Below are positions 27,919 through 37,301 of a stretch of 64,000 nt of DNA, one piece after another. Position 1 is the stretch's first letter; the number at the start of each line of letters is the position of its first letter. A model generated the notes under the pieces. The model was given only the letters and a program-made list of their open reading frames with translations, had not been told where the DNA came from and ran no database searches. The DNA lies in assembly GCA_016182015.1 (NCBI GenBank), contig JACOYC010000012.1:29623-93622 (forward strand), read 5' to 3'. The position numbers were made by a program, and so were the translations under genes. The stretch comes from Nanobdellati archaeon. Its GTDB lineage: Archaea; Nanobdellota; Nanobdellia; UBA10117.

Positions 27919-29281
27919 CATGAAAGCCATAAATTGTTTTGGAAAACGCTCAGCTACAGAAGTACTGACAGTAATATTGTTAGTCATGATTCTTGTAGCA
28001 GTGGCATCCGTGGCTGGCTACTGGCTGACAGGCATACAGCAAAGCCAGCAGGGGCGAACAGAGCAGTCACAGTCTTCGCTCATAACAACGCTGTCAAGCT
28101 GCCTGAACTTCGAAAGCTTTCACTATGATACAAGAAGCAAAAAATCAGATGTTGTGTTCGAGAATTGCGGCACAACAAAACTTGATGTCGGTGATGTAAG
28201 AATAGGAGATTTAGTTCAACTGTCCGGCCCGAACGTTGATCCGTGCTCATTCACGCTAAACACTACAAACTGCCCTGCCTGCCCATTCACGCTTCAGCCC
28301 AAATCAAAGCAAAAATTTTCTATCGCCTGGAATGCCGAGCCGGCCTGCTCAAGCCGTATAGTCAAGGGCATAAAATACCAGGTCTCTTTTTTTGTTGACC
28401 GGCTTGGCACAGGCTCAAAAACATTTTTGGCGCAGGACGAGCCGCTTACAAAAACTCTGGGACTTTCAACAAGCTGCGGAATAGATGTTATTAACGCAAC
28501 AACTGGAGTTAACACGCCCTGGGAGGCCAAAGACTCAAGCTACTGCTTTGCGTTTGCTGTTAATAAAACCGGCACCCTCGGCGGCCTTATAACAATACAA
28601 AACACATCTACCTCTGGCAGCTGCAAGCGGGCGGAGATTACAACCCTATCAGGTGCGCCGGCAGGCTTTGACCCTAACAGGGCTGCCTGCACAGAAACAT
28701 TTCGCACGGCGGGCACCTTCGGCTCGCCCCAATCTTTGGCATCATTCGGTGTTTACCTGACAAACAGCAGTGCCGGCGGATGCAACCAGACAATACAATT
28801 TGGTCTGAACGACTGCGGCGACTTTGTTTCCAAAACAGTAAACTTTAGAGTTGGCACTGGCGTAGTTGGTGACACAAACACATTATGTAATATAACTTTT
28901 GATCCGACAAGCTCAACAGGGCCAACAAACCTGACAAATGTAACAAATTATATATTCAGCGCAAATTTCGTAAATAACGGCTCCACAGTTGATAATGTAA
29001 CAGTCAAAAATCTGAGCGTAACAACAACTAACTGCGCAAGCATGCGGTTTACAAAAGGTACAGGCGCGCAGTGTTCCCAAAATACTGCTGGCGAGTTTAG
29101 CGCAGCTGCCGGCGCGGAGGTCGGCTTTGACACTGGTATGGGCAGTGCGCAAAGGCTCTGCTTGCAGTTAAACCTTACACAAGGTACCGGGGCAGGACAG
29201 TGCACGCTAAGACTGTTTGTAAACTCGAGCGCGTGCACGAACGCATCTGTAACAAAAGAGTACGCCGTAGGAACTTTTTAA
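27905..29281 (+). CDS. Large pilin/adhesin-like protein, Cys/Thr/Asn-rich
   Basis: KRS/ATEVLTVILL; N-terminal domain paralogous to 26989; many N-x-S/T sequons. Confidence 0.75.
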   Translation: MPHSNMKAINCFGKRSATEVLTVILLVMILVAVASVAGYWLTGIQQSQQGRTEQSQSSLITTLSSCLNFESFHYDTRSKKSDVVFENCGTTKLDVGDVRIGDLVQLSGPNVDPCSFTLNTTNCPACPFTLQPKSKQKFSIAWNAEPACSSRIVKGIKYQVSFFVDRLGTGSKTFLAQDEPLTKTLGLSTSCGIDVINATTGVNTPWEAKDSSYCFAFAVNKTGTLGGLITIQNTSTSGSCKRAEITTLSGAPAGFDPNRAACTETFRTAGTFGSPQSLASFGVYLTNSSAGGCNQTIQFGLNDCGDFVSKTVNFRVGTGVVGDTNTLCNITFDPTSSTGPTNLTNVTNYIFSANFVNNGSTVDNVTVKNLSVTTTNCASMRFTKGTGAQCSQNTAGEFSAAAGAEVGFDTGMGSAQRLCLQLNLTQGTGAGQCTLRLFVNSSACTNASVTKEYAVGTF

Positions 29282-29321
29282 GTTAGATATACGCATATTT
29301 AACAAATTACTGCGGCGAAAG

Positions 29322-29366
29322 TTTTATAAGTGTGTAAAAAGGTGTATTTTAGTGTAAGAAGGTGTA
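29322..29366 (+). promoter_or_regulatory. TATA box followed by four GTGTA repeats at 10-bp period (putative operator)
   Basis: TTTTATAA at 29322; GTGTA at 29332, 29342, 29352, 29362. Confidence 0.65.
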
Positions 29367-29369
29367 ATA

Positions 29370-29552
29370 GTGGCAGGCAAGCTCATAACAATTAAGATTG
29401 ACAGGGAGCTGTACGAAAGAGTCAAGAAAATTCTGGGCAAAAATGAGCTTAAGTACAAATATTCTTCTGTTGCAGCATTTACAAATGAGGCGTTATTTGA
29501 AAAATTAGAATCTTTGAAAGGAAAAATAAAGTTTCCGAAGATAAAGTGGTGA
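29370..29552 (+). CDS. Ribbon-helix-helix (CopG-like) regulator
   Basis: ITIKIDRELYERVK...YSSVAAFTNEAL. Confidence 0.75.
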   Translation: MAGKLITIKIDRELYERVKKILGKNELKYKYSSVAAFTNEALFEKLESLKGKIKFPKIKW

Positions 29553-29553
29553 A

Positions 29554-30400
29554 ATGTCACAAAATTTCATAAGATTGAAGAAGCAAAATTTTGCGGACAT
29601 CATTCGCAGGAGCTCATGTGCACAAGGCCAGAATATCTATCCCAACAGAAAATTGGATTGCAATGATGTTTTTTGCGGCCCTGCTAGCCGGCGTAGCTAC
29701 ACTATTTTCCGCGCTGCTCATTACAATTATATCCGGTGCGCTTAGCGTTGTAGCAATTTTATTTTCCTTTGTTGCCGCAGCCCTGATCAGCGTTCTGACC
29801 GGACTATTAGTTTTGTATTATCCGGCAATGGCCGCTTCAGAGCGAAAGAAAAAAATCGAGAATGCACTTCCGTTCGCTACAATTTATCTTAACACGATTT
29901 CGCGGGCCGGCTTTCCGCCGCAGGATCTGTTCAAGATGATTGCAAAGTTCAAGGAATACGGGGAAGTTTCCGAAGAAGCCAAAAAAATTTCTAACGAAGT
30001 GCACGCGCTCGGGCTTGACCTGCCGTCCGCCCTTAATAACGCAGTAGCCCGTTCGCCAAGCAACTCGTGGACAGAGCTGCTGGCCGGCATGAAAACGACA
30101 ATAACTATCGGCGGTGACCTTGGCCAGTTCCTCTCGGAAAAGGCAAAGGGATTTGTTGCAGATTACCAAAGAAGACTGCAGGAGTTCAGCAATTTTCTTA
30201 CACTCATGATTGAGATTTACATAACATTAGTTATAGTGGGCGCGGTGTTTTTTATAATCACGACTTCGATAATGGTCTCGATAGGCGGCGTGCCTGTTGC
30301 GCTTGTGAAGGCGCTTAATTATGCAATTGTGCTTGTTGGCCTGCCGGTCATGACGGCTGCATTTTTGCTCATGATAAAAGGGGCGTCGCCGATGGAGTAG
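29554..30400 (+). CDS. PilC/TadC (T2SS-F) membrane platform protein; 5' end interrupted by a 31-nt frameshifting hairpin (about 29587-29617)
   Basis: IENALPFA..YL, YGEVSEE, RSPS..W.ELL. ATG 29554 follows GGTGA and joins the main frame only if 31 nt are removed. Alternative starts are TTG 29591 and GTG 29618. Confidence 0.85.
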
Positions 30401-30402
30401 AT

Positions 30403-31569
30403 ATGAAATTCAGCATACTTGGCAATTTGGGGTTCAGGGATCTGCTTGGAGTCAGGCGGGAGAAGCTTCAGTTTACTATCATGCTCCTGCCCGTTCCGCT
30501 CATAATCGCCCTGCTTCTTTTTTTATTAGGGGCCGCAAGTACGCTTGTAATAGCCGCGATAACACTCGGAATAATCGCGGTCCTGACACCATATCTCGCT
30601 CTTACATTTATAGAGTTTCAGGAGCTGTCGGCCGCAGAGGATGCGTATCCTAATTTCCTGCGCGACATGGCGGAAGCGGTTAACTCCGGCATGACAATAC
30701 CGTATGCCATACACACCGCGGCGCAGGCAAAGTATGGAGTCCTGTCAAAATATGTGAATAAGCTGAATTCATGGGTGTCATGGAGCCTGCCATTCCCGCA
30801 GGCATGGCAGAAATTTACAGAGTCGCTGAAAAAGTCAGAGCTGATTTCACGGGTTAACGGAATTATTCTTGAGGCGTTTGTTTCGGGCGGAGATGTAGGG
30901 ACTGTCCTTTCTTCTCTCGCAGACGATGTTAATCTGCTTAAGCGCATAGAATCAGAAAAAAAATCAATGGCGCGGCAGAATATAATAATAATGTATGTTA
31001 TATATTTTATTTTTCTCGGCATAATAATCGGGCTGTTTAAAATACTTGTGCCGATATTATATATACAGCGGCTTGGTGTTTTCGGCGGCCTCGCACTTAG
31101 GCCTTCTGACATAATCACAACAGATTATTTCAAGAATCTTTTTTTCCTAATGACAGTGATACAGTCAGCCTGCATTGGCCTGATTGCCGGCCAGATATCA
31201 GAGGAGCGCTTGATTGCAGGATTTAAGCATGTGATATTAATGGTCGGCCTTGGGACTGCGGTATTCTTTTTGGCGATTTTCCCTGCCGGCCTGACAGCAA
31301 CAGTTGAGGTATTTCCGCAGAATCCGTCAATCGGTCAGGACGTTATAGTCTCGGGGAGTTCTTTCTTTGAGGCAACGCCAGCCGCAGGTGCTACAGTAGA
31401 AATAATCACGCCGTCAAAAGAGGTTCTTGTTGTGTTTACCGATGGGCTTGGCGAATTTTTAACGAGCATGAAGTCACCGACGCAGGAGGGCACATATCCA
31501 ATCATTACAACAGTTACTTACAAAGGAGAAACAGCGACAGTGATAAGAACAATAACTGTGGGTGGTTAA
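30403..31569 (+). CDS. Second PilC/TadC platform protein with a C-terminal Ig-like extension
   Basis: YPNFLRDMAE..SGMT...A, YGVLS, SGG.V..VL, GLIAGQISE; beta-rich tail. Confidence 0.88.
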   Translation: MKFSILGNLGFRDLLGVRREKLQFTIMLLPVPLIIALLLFLLGAASTLVIAAITLGIIAVLTPYLALTFIEFQELSAAEDAYPNFLRDMAEAVNSGMTIPYAIHTAAQAKYGVLSKYVNKLNSWVSWSLPFPQAWQKFTESLKKSELISRVNGIILEAFVSGGDVGTVLSSLADDVNLLKRIESEKKSMARQNIIIMYVIYFIFLGIIIGLFKILVPILYIQRLGVFGGLALRPSDIITTDYFKNLFFLMTVIQSACIGLIAGQISEERLIAGFKHVILMVGLGTAVFFLAIFPAGLTATVEVFPQNPSIGQDVIVSGSSFFEATPAAGATVEIITPSKEVLVVFTDGLGEFLTSMKSPTQEGTYPIITTVTYKGETATVIRTITVGG

Positions 31570-32460
31570 ATGAGATATGATATTTTCAGAGTGAAAACCG
31601 CCCAGTCGTTTACTGAATTTTTAATAGCTGCGTTTTTATTTCTAATAATTGTATCTGCAGTTTTTATAACAGTCATTCGTAAGTCTGGCACGGAGACGGA
31701 ACGCGCTGCAGACTTAACATCATTCCAGAAGGCATCGATACTTTCGACTATTGCATTAAGAGATACGGGCCCCATCAGCTGGCAGAATTCTCCCGGCTTG
31801 CCTGCAATCTGCGGGCTTGGCGACGGAAATGGGCATGTCCTGCTTTCGAAGTGGCTGAGATTCAGCAATTATACATTTGATTTTTATGGCGGCTGCCTCG
31901 GCATCAACACAACTTGGCAGGCCAGCTATGCAATACGCGGCTTTCCGGACAGCCTTGATACAAACGCCGCGTGCACACCGACACGAGACAGGGCGGTTAT
32001 CTGCAGGTTTGCAAACGGGCTTGGTGTTTATGTTAACACAAGCAACAACGCGATATTAGATGCTGAGCTGTTTTTTCCAAATGCCACTTCGGCCACCGTC
32101 ACACAAAGCGTGGCCAGCCCGCTCGAGGCAAATGACGTTGCAACAACAGATGCAACTCCGGACGGCATAAAAGTTGTTCTGCAGCTGCGCACAAGCGCCG
32201 GAGACAGGGATAACATAACAATACTTGCCGTGCCATGGAATACTACTGCAGTAAAAAGTATATATTTCAAATCATTCGACAACCTGACAGACATTAATGT
32301 TACGATTGGAGATGTTAAGATACTTGATTCAATTGGCGTGCAGACAAGCGCGAGATTTTTCAAGCCGAATTTCGCAGAGATAAGACGCGGTGCCGCGATA
32401 AATAATACAAACACGGGAGATTTGTTTCCGGCCGTGTTCAAATTTGTGGTGTGGAGATGA
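31570..32460 (+). CDS. Pilin-like protein (class III signal)
   Basis: KTA/QSFTEFLIAAFLFL with Glu at +5. Confidence 0.65.
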   Translation: MRYDIFRVKTAQSFTEFLIAAFLFLIIVSAVFITVIRKSGTETERAADLTSFQKASILSTIALRDTGPISWQNSPGLPAICGLGDGNGHVLLSKWLRFSNYTFDFYGGCLGINTTWQASYAIRGFPDSLDTNAACTPTRDRAVICRFANGLGVYVNTSNNAILDAELFFPNATSATVTQSVASPLEANDVATTDATPDGIKVVLQLRTSAGDRDNITILAVPWNTTAVKSIYFKSFDNLTDINVTIGDVKILDSIGVQTSARFFKPNFAEIRRGAAINNTNTGDLFPAVFKFVVWR

Positions 32461-32921
32461 TGAACAAAAAGGGATACTATTATTTTATTGAGCTGGCCGT
32501 AATAGTTATAATAGTTGTGCTGATATTTTCACAGCTTCCAATCTCAAAGCCAGTGCATGCCGGCCAGATTGAAACGGAAAACCTCAGGCAGGTCGGGTTT
32601 GGAACACTTAAGGCGCTGGACGATTCCGGGTTTATATCTAAATATATGAACACCACGCATTTTCAGAATTCTTCGTTCCAGATGCTTCAGCAGGGAATTA
32701 AAGCCCCGCTCCCCAAAACAGTGATCGCAAGGCTTGAATATGTTTATAACTCGACCACATGCTACAACGAATCCGGCGCGTTTGGCGGCTGCGGCGTTAA
32801 TTTTACCGGCGGTTTATCCACAACTATTTATTATACTTTTACAAACAGGACAGAACCAATCACAATTAAGCTTTACCTTGCAAACATATTTGAGACTGCA
32901 GTAAAGGAGGCCAGCGGATGA
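32451..32921 (+). CDS. Pilin-like protein (class III signal); start probably ATG 32457 or 32460
   Basis: MNKKG/YYYFIELAVIV. Confidence 0.7.
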   Translation: MEMMNKKGYYYFIELAVIVIIVVLIFSQLPISKPVHAGQIETENLRQVGFGTLKALDDSGFISKYMNTTHFQNSSFQMLQQGIKAPLPKTVIARLEYVYNSTTCYNESGAFGGCGVNFTGGLSTTIYYTFTNRTEPITIKLYLANIFETAVKEASG

Positions 32922-33622
32922 GGCGCGCGCAGTTTTGGGCGATTTCAATAATCTTGCTGTTTATTGTTACAGCAGTAATATTTACATACGTGCGCAGCTC
33001 TGAGTCCGCATCTGTAAGGCTGTTTGCTGAGACATCTGATTTGGAACTTCAGAACGCGGTTAATGCGATAAAAGCACGCAACGGCTGGCTGGCAAGCACG
33101 GCAAATGACTGGTTTAATCTTAACTGGAATTACAGGAAGCTTGTCGAACTTAATATTGGGGCGGACAGCACAGTTGAATTTAATGCATTTGTGAATGATG
33201 CAGGCAAGGTCGGCAGTTGCGTGGATGATGTTCGCGTTACGTGGATAAACGGTTCCGAGCGGCAGTCAAATGTTTCCGCGACTTCGCCGCCGTGCAACAT
33301 CACGATTGTGGCAGGAGCAGGCCCGCAAGTTTATTATGTTTATTACAGCAATCCGTCTGCAGCCACGCCAAGCTACAGGCTGGCAAACACAGTTGTTCAG
33401 GGAACAGAAACAGATGCAGTTGCTTATGCAGAAGTCGAGGTGCCAACAAAAAATCTGTGCACACATTTGAATGAGCTCTACCCGAAGTTAGGTATTGCAA
33501 CGAACTGCAGTTTGAGAAATACCGCCTGCGCAGCACCGGCAACGCAGGCAAATATTACTTTAGTGATGCAGAGCACTGATATGTTTTTTAATGGCACAAT
33601 ACAGCCGCCGCCCTGCCCATAA
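32918..33622 (+). CDS. Pilin-like protein with a DUF2341-like segment
   Basis: MRRA/QFWAISIIL; WFNLNWNYRK...DVRV...YYVYYSNPSA. Confidence 0.65.
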   Translation: MRRAQFWAISIILLFIVTAVIFTYVRSSESASVRLFAETSDLELQNAVNAIKARNGWLASTANDWFNLNWNYRKLVELNIGADSTVEFNAFVNDAGKVGSCVDDVRVTWINGSERQSNVSATSPPCNITIVAGAGPQVYYVYYSNPSAATPSYRLANTVVQGTETDAVAYAEVEVPTKNLCTHLNELYPKLGIATNCSLRNTACAAPATQANITLVMQSTDMFFNGTIQPPPCP

Positions 33623-33652
33623 TGTTTTAAATTTTTGTTTTGCTATTTGGTA

Positions 33653-35890
33653 ATGCAACTGTCAGAATTAGGAAAAAAATTGCCGGCTAAGCTTTTAGAG
33701 AGCTTAAGCAAAACACAAGAACTCAGGCCATGCCAGCAGAAAGCGATTGATACTGGTTTATTGGAAGGGAAAAGCCTGCTGGTGTGCTCGCCAACCGGCT
33801 CGGGCAAAACACTCGTGGCAGAAATTGCCGCAGTAAAAAATATTCTCGAAGGAAAAGGAAAATGTGTTTACATCGTCCCGCTAAAATCGCTTGCCTCAGA
33901 AAAATTCGAGGAGTTTAAAAATAAATATGAAAAGCTTGGAGTAAAGGTTGCAATTTCGATCGGCGATTTGGATTCGGCAGACCCGTGGCTGGCCGAGAAA
34001 GATTTTATCATCACGGTTTCAGAAAAGCTGGATTCTTTGATTCGCCATGGTGCGCCTTGGATTTCTCAAGTTGCCACTGTTGTGATTGACGAAATTCATC
34101 TGCTGAACGACCCTGGGCGCGGGCCGACACTAGAAATATTGGCGACAATGCTGAAGAAAATTCTAAAGAACTCTCAGTTTATCGCCCTCTCCGCAACGAT
34201 TGGCAACCCAAAAGAACTCGCCTCCTGGCTCTGTGCAGAATTAGTTGAAGATGCCTGGCGACCCGTAAAATTATATGAAGGAACGTTTTTTCCAAATGAA
34301 GTTGATTTCTTTGGCGGAAAGGAAAAGATAACCATTCCGGAAAAGTTTTCTGAGCCGGCAGTCCAGCTGGCAATAAACACGATCGCGATTGGCAAGCAGG
34401 CCCTGGTGTTCTGCGCGACAAAACAATCGGCCGAGGCTATGGCAGAAAAAATTTCAAAAGCAAATGCAAATGTTCGGCAGGTTGATTTAGCAAAGAAAAT
34501 TTTGCACGCGCTCCCAAAACCAACTGTGCAGTGCAGAAGGCTGGCAAAATCTGTTCTGCGCGGCGTCGCGTTCCATCACGCAGGCCTTGTTCAAAAGCAA
34601 AAAAGCCTGATTGAAAATTCATTCAGGAGTGGCGCGGTAAAGATTATCTGCTGCACCCCGACTTTAGCGGCGGGCGTTAATCTCCCCGCATTCCGCGCGA
34701 TAATGAAATCCCTGAAAAGATATTCGGAGAAGTGGGGATACTCTTACATCCCTGTTCTCGAATATAAGCAGATGACTGGCCGCGCTGGCCGGCCCGGCAT
34801 GGAAGCATTTGGCGAAGCCATATCCATCGCCGGCTCTGAGGATGAGGCGCGCGAGATTTACGACAAATATATCTGTGGCACGCCGGAGGAGATCGATTCA
34901 AAGCTTGCAGTTGAGCCAGTTCTGAGGATGGCAATTCTTGGCCTGATAGCATCCGGCTTCTGCAGGACTGCTGAATCAGTGATAGAATTTTTTGGAGACA
35001 CGTTTTACGGATTTTCATACGCAAACGATTACGAAATTAAATCTAACGCAAGCCGAACAAGTTCGGCTGCGCCCAGTCGAATAGAATTCGACTTGGGAAT
35101 TATGAAAATTCTGCAGAAATTAAAAGATTACAAATTTATTGAACAAAACGCGGAAAAGATTTATGCGACTTACTTGGGAAAACGGGTTGCTGAGCTATAT
35201 TTGGATCCGGAGTCCGCATTTACTCTAATTAACGGATTGAAAATTGCGGATGTTGCTGAAACGCAGACAATTTCTTACTTGCATTTGATTTCTTCTGTAA
35301 TTGAAATTCCAAATCTAAAATTCAGGAAATCAGATTCTGAGTTCTTGCAGGAGAAGCTGATCGAGCTCGAGCAATACCTGCTGGCCAAGCCGCCTTCAGA
35401 ATTCTCTTGGGAGTATGAGGAATTTCAGGATTCTTTCAAGACCGCTTTGTTGTTTGAGGATTGGATTTCGGAGATGTCCGATGATGAGCTGATGGAAAAA
35501 TATAAAATCCGGCCTGGTGAGCTTCGCACTAAGTTAGCAAACGCAGACTGGCTTCTGTATTCGTGCCAGGAGATTTCACGCATTTTAAACTTCAAGGATT
35601 TAATTTCCGAGCTTATCAAATTGCGCGTCAGGATGAAGCACGGGCTTAAAGAGGAGCTGCTGTCGCTGAAAAAGCTGAAGGGCATCGGCAGGTACAAAGC
35701 CCGCAAGATGTTTCGTGCTGGCCTGACAAGCATACAGAAAGTAAAGGAAGCAAAGTATGAGCTGCTTGCCGGTCTGATCGGCCCGAGGACTGCTGTCAAG
35801 GTGAAGGGCCAGCTTGGGGAAAAAGTCGAGCCACAGCAAATAATTAAAAAGGGACAATCTGGACTTTCTGATTATGGGGCTGTAGTCTAA
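33653..35890 (+). CDS. hel308: Hel308/Ski2-like DEAD/H helicase
   Basis: PTGSGKT, DEIH, LSAT, AFHHAGL, TPTLAAGVNLP, QMTGRAGRPG, C-terminal HhH. Contains a 17-codon palindromic insert. Confidence 0.93.
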   Translation: MQLSELGKKLPAKLLESLSKTQELRPCQQKAIDTGLLEGKSLLVCSPTGSGKTLVAEIAAVKNILEGKGKCVYIVPLKSLASEKFEEFKNKYEKLGVKVAISIGDLDSADPWLAEKDFIITVSEKLDSLIRHGAPWISQVATVVIDEIHLLNDPGRGPTLEILATMLKKILKNSQFIALSATIGNPKELASWLCAELVEDAWRPVKLYEGTFFPNEVDFFGGKEKITIPEKFSEPAVQLAINTIAIGKQALVFCATKQSAEAMAEKISKANANVRQVDLAKKILHALPKPTVQCRRLAKSVLRGVAFHHAGLVQKQKSLIENSFRSGAVKIICCTPTLAAGVNLPAFRAIMKSLKRYSEKWGYSYIPVLEYKQMTGRAGRPGMEAFGEAISIAGSEDEAREIYDKYICGTPEEIDSKLAVEPVLRMAILGLIASGFCRTAESVIEFFGDTFYGFSYANDYEIKSNASRTSSAAPSRIEFDLGIMKILQKLKDYKFIEQNAEKIYATYLGKRVAELYLDPESAFTLINGLKIADVAETQTISYLHLISSVIEIPNLKFRKSDSEFLQEKLIELEQYLLAKPPSEFSWEYEEFQDSFKTALLFEDWISEMSDDELMEKYKIRPGELRTKLANADWLLYSCQEISRILNFKDLISELIKLRVRMKHGLKEELLSLKKLKGIGRYKARKMFRAGLTSIQKVKEAKYELLAGLIGPRTAVKVKGQLGEKVEPQQIIKKGQSGLSDYGAVV
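35047..35097. repeat. In-frame double-hairpin element in hel308
   Basis: CGCAAGCCGAAC-AA-GTTCGGCTGCG plus CCCAGTCGAAT-AGA-ATTCGACTTGGG; same modules as in the dnaG element. Confidence 0.8.
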
Positions 35891-35995
35891 CTTGGTCACA
35901 TGCCAAAAACTGCGTTTTTGTCGGGTGTTTGGCGTAGCCAAACAGGACTCGCGGTTCGGGACTGCGCGGTCGAGGTTCAAATCCTCGCAGCCTCA
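35876..35995 (+). tRNA. tRNA-Pro(CGG) with a 46-nt D-loop intron (35898-35943)
   Basis: Acceptor GGGGCTG/CAGCCTC-A; anticodon arm CGCGG-TTCGGGA-CTGCG; T-arm CGAGG-TTCAAAT-CCTCG; BHB helix TTGG/CCAA with TC|A and AC|A bulges. Confidence 0.9.
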
Positions 35996-35999
35996 TTTC

Positions 36000-36752
36000 C
36001 TAACATTTTCTAATAACCACTAAAAAAGCAGTATGCCCGAGCATCTGATGCTCTGGCCTTGCCAGCTGTCTCTCACCTTGCTTTTCTATCTTCCACTCCC
36101 TCTGGATTGTTTCCACAACCTTTTCTAATTGCCAGCCTGCCCCGAGTTTTCCAACTAGCTCAATTGCCTGTGTTACCTGCGGGCAGTATGCAACAAAGTA
36201 TCCGCCCGCCCGTAAAGCCTTACCTGCAGAAGGCAGGGCAAGCCACGGCTCAGAGAAATCAGCAACAACTAAATTCACATCTTTTTCATCAATCTTATCA
36301 ACTGCATTTTTATTTTTCAAAGCAACATTCTTCAAGCCAAGAAACTTAAAATTTTTCTCTGACATCTGGTAAAAATCCTTCCTAATCTCATACGTTACAA
36401 CTCTCTTGCAAACATTTGCAAGCTGTGCGGCAAGCCAGCCGCTCCCCGCGCCAATCTCAACGCAGACCGAGTCCTTTCCAACGCCAGTCAGAGAAATAAT
36501 TGTCGCGAAGTCTTTTGGCAGAATCACGGCAGGCCCGCGCCTGCAATTCGCGAGTAGGTCATAGAACTGCGGCTTCGCCAGCAAAACTTTTCGGCCAGCA
36601 GATGTTTCGATAACAAAATTGTAACTTTTCCCAACAAGCTTTTTCAAATCTAATATGCCTAAGTCACTTTGGTGTTTTTTGTTTTCTGCGCGCACCAATA
36701 TTTTTCTGCCAGCATGCAATAACAAAACCAAATCATTGTTTTTGATTTTCAT
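36000..36752 (-). CDS. trmI: tRNA m1A58 methyltransferase TrmI
   Basis: RGPAVILPKD, EIGAGSG, YEIRKD, D..EPW, R.W....RPEH.MLGHTAFL. Confidence 0.9.
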   Translation of the reverse strand: MKIKNNDLVLLLHAGRKILVRAENKKHQSDLGILDLKKLVGKSYNFVIETSAGRKVLLAKPQFYDLLANCRRGPAVILPKDFATIISLTGVGKDSVCVEIGAGSGWLAAQLANVCKRVVTYEIRKDFYQMSEKNFKFLGLKNVALKNKNAVDKIDEKDVNLVVADFSEPWLALPSAGKALRAGGYFVAYCPQVTQAIELVGKLGAGWQLEKVVETIQREWKIEKQGERQLARPEHQMLGHTAFLVVIRKC

Positions 36753-36883
36753 TTGTGAGCCCGCGAACAAATGATTAGCGAACACCTGGTTCGCTTTATC
36801 ACATAAAAACAAGAAAGCATTTATTTAAAAAACTATCAATTGTTACCAGAAAGTTATTTAAACCCTTTGCCGCAGTTATTTGT

Positions 36884-37270
36884 ATGGGTAGTAGTGATGG
36901 TGGTTACGATGACCGCAACTTGTTAGACATCGTGGGCGAGGAAATAGCGCGGGCCCATACCGACAAACATTTTGTCTGGGAATTCCACTCGGATCGCCCT
37001 TCGCAGATCGCACCAAATGGCGAAGCACACACACTAGGATCAAGAATCCTAATTAAGCTTGGTTGGTTAGGCTCTTACTCTTCGTGGCTCGGAGCAAGGC
37101 GCGTGTTAGAAATTGAGTTAGACGTTACCAAAGGGGAAACAAAATCGGACTGGACAACGTTTACAGTAGGCGATGATAGATATATTACACCATTCGTACT
37201 TGCTCAATTACGTGCTGCTGGAGTTAAGCCAACACAAGCGCAGTATGGCAGTGGATTTGGCAATACTTAA
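36884..37270 (+). CDS. Hypothetical protein
   Basis: ORF with a TATA-like TTATTTAAA about 30 nt upstream; no family recognised. Confidence 0.5.
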   Translation: MGSSDGGYDDRNLLDIVGEEIARAHTDKHFVWEFHSDRPSQIAPNGEAHTLGSRILIKLGWLGSYSSWLGARRVLEIELDVTKGETKSDWTTFTVGDDRYITPFVLAQLRAAGVKPTQAQYGSGFGNT

Positions 37271-37301
37271 ACTTTAAAAACCAATCTTTTCAGTGTTTTG
37301 C

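Noticed and set aside
22493-33622. Archaellum operon
   Set aside because: No ArlH/F/G or archaellin signature; architecture fits a type IV pilus.
35041-35105. hel308 insert as a BHB intron
   Set aside because: No convincing 4-bp helix with two bulges, and it is in frame, so splicing is not required.
36753-36812. 20-aa N-terminal extension of TrmI from the ORF track
   Set aside because: TTG start reading through a palindromic leader; ATG 36752 fits the family.
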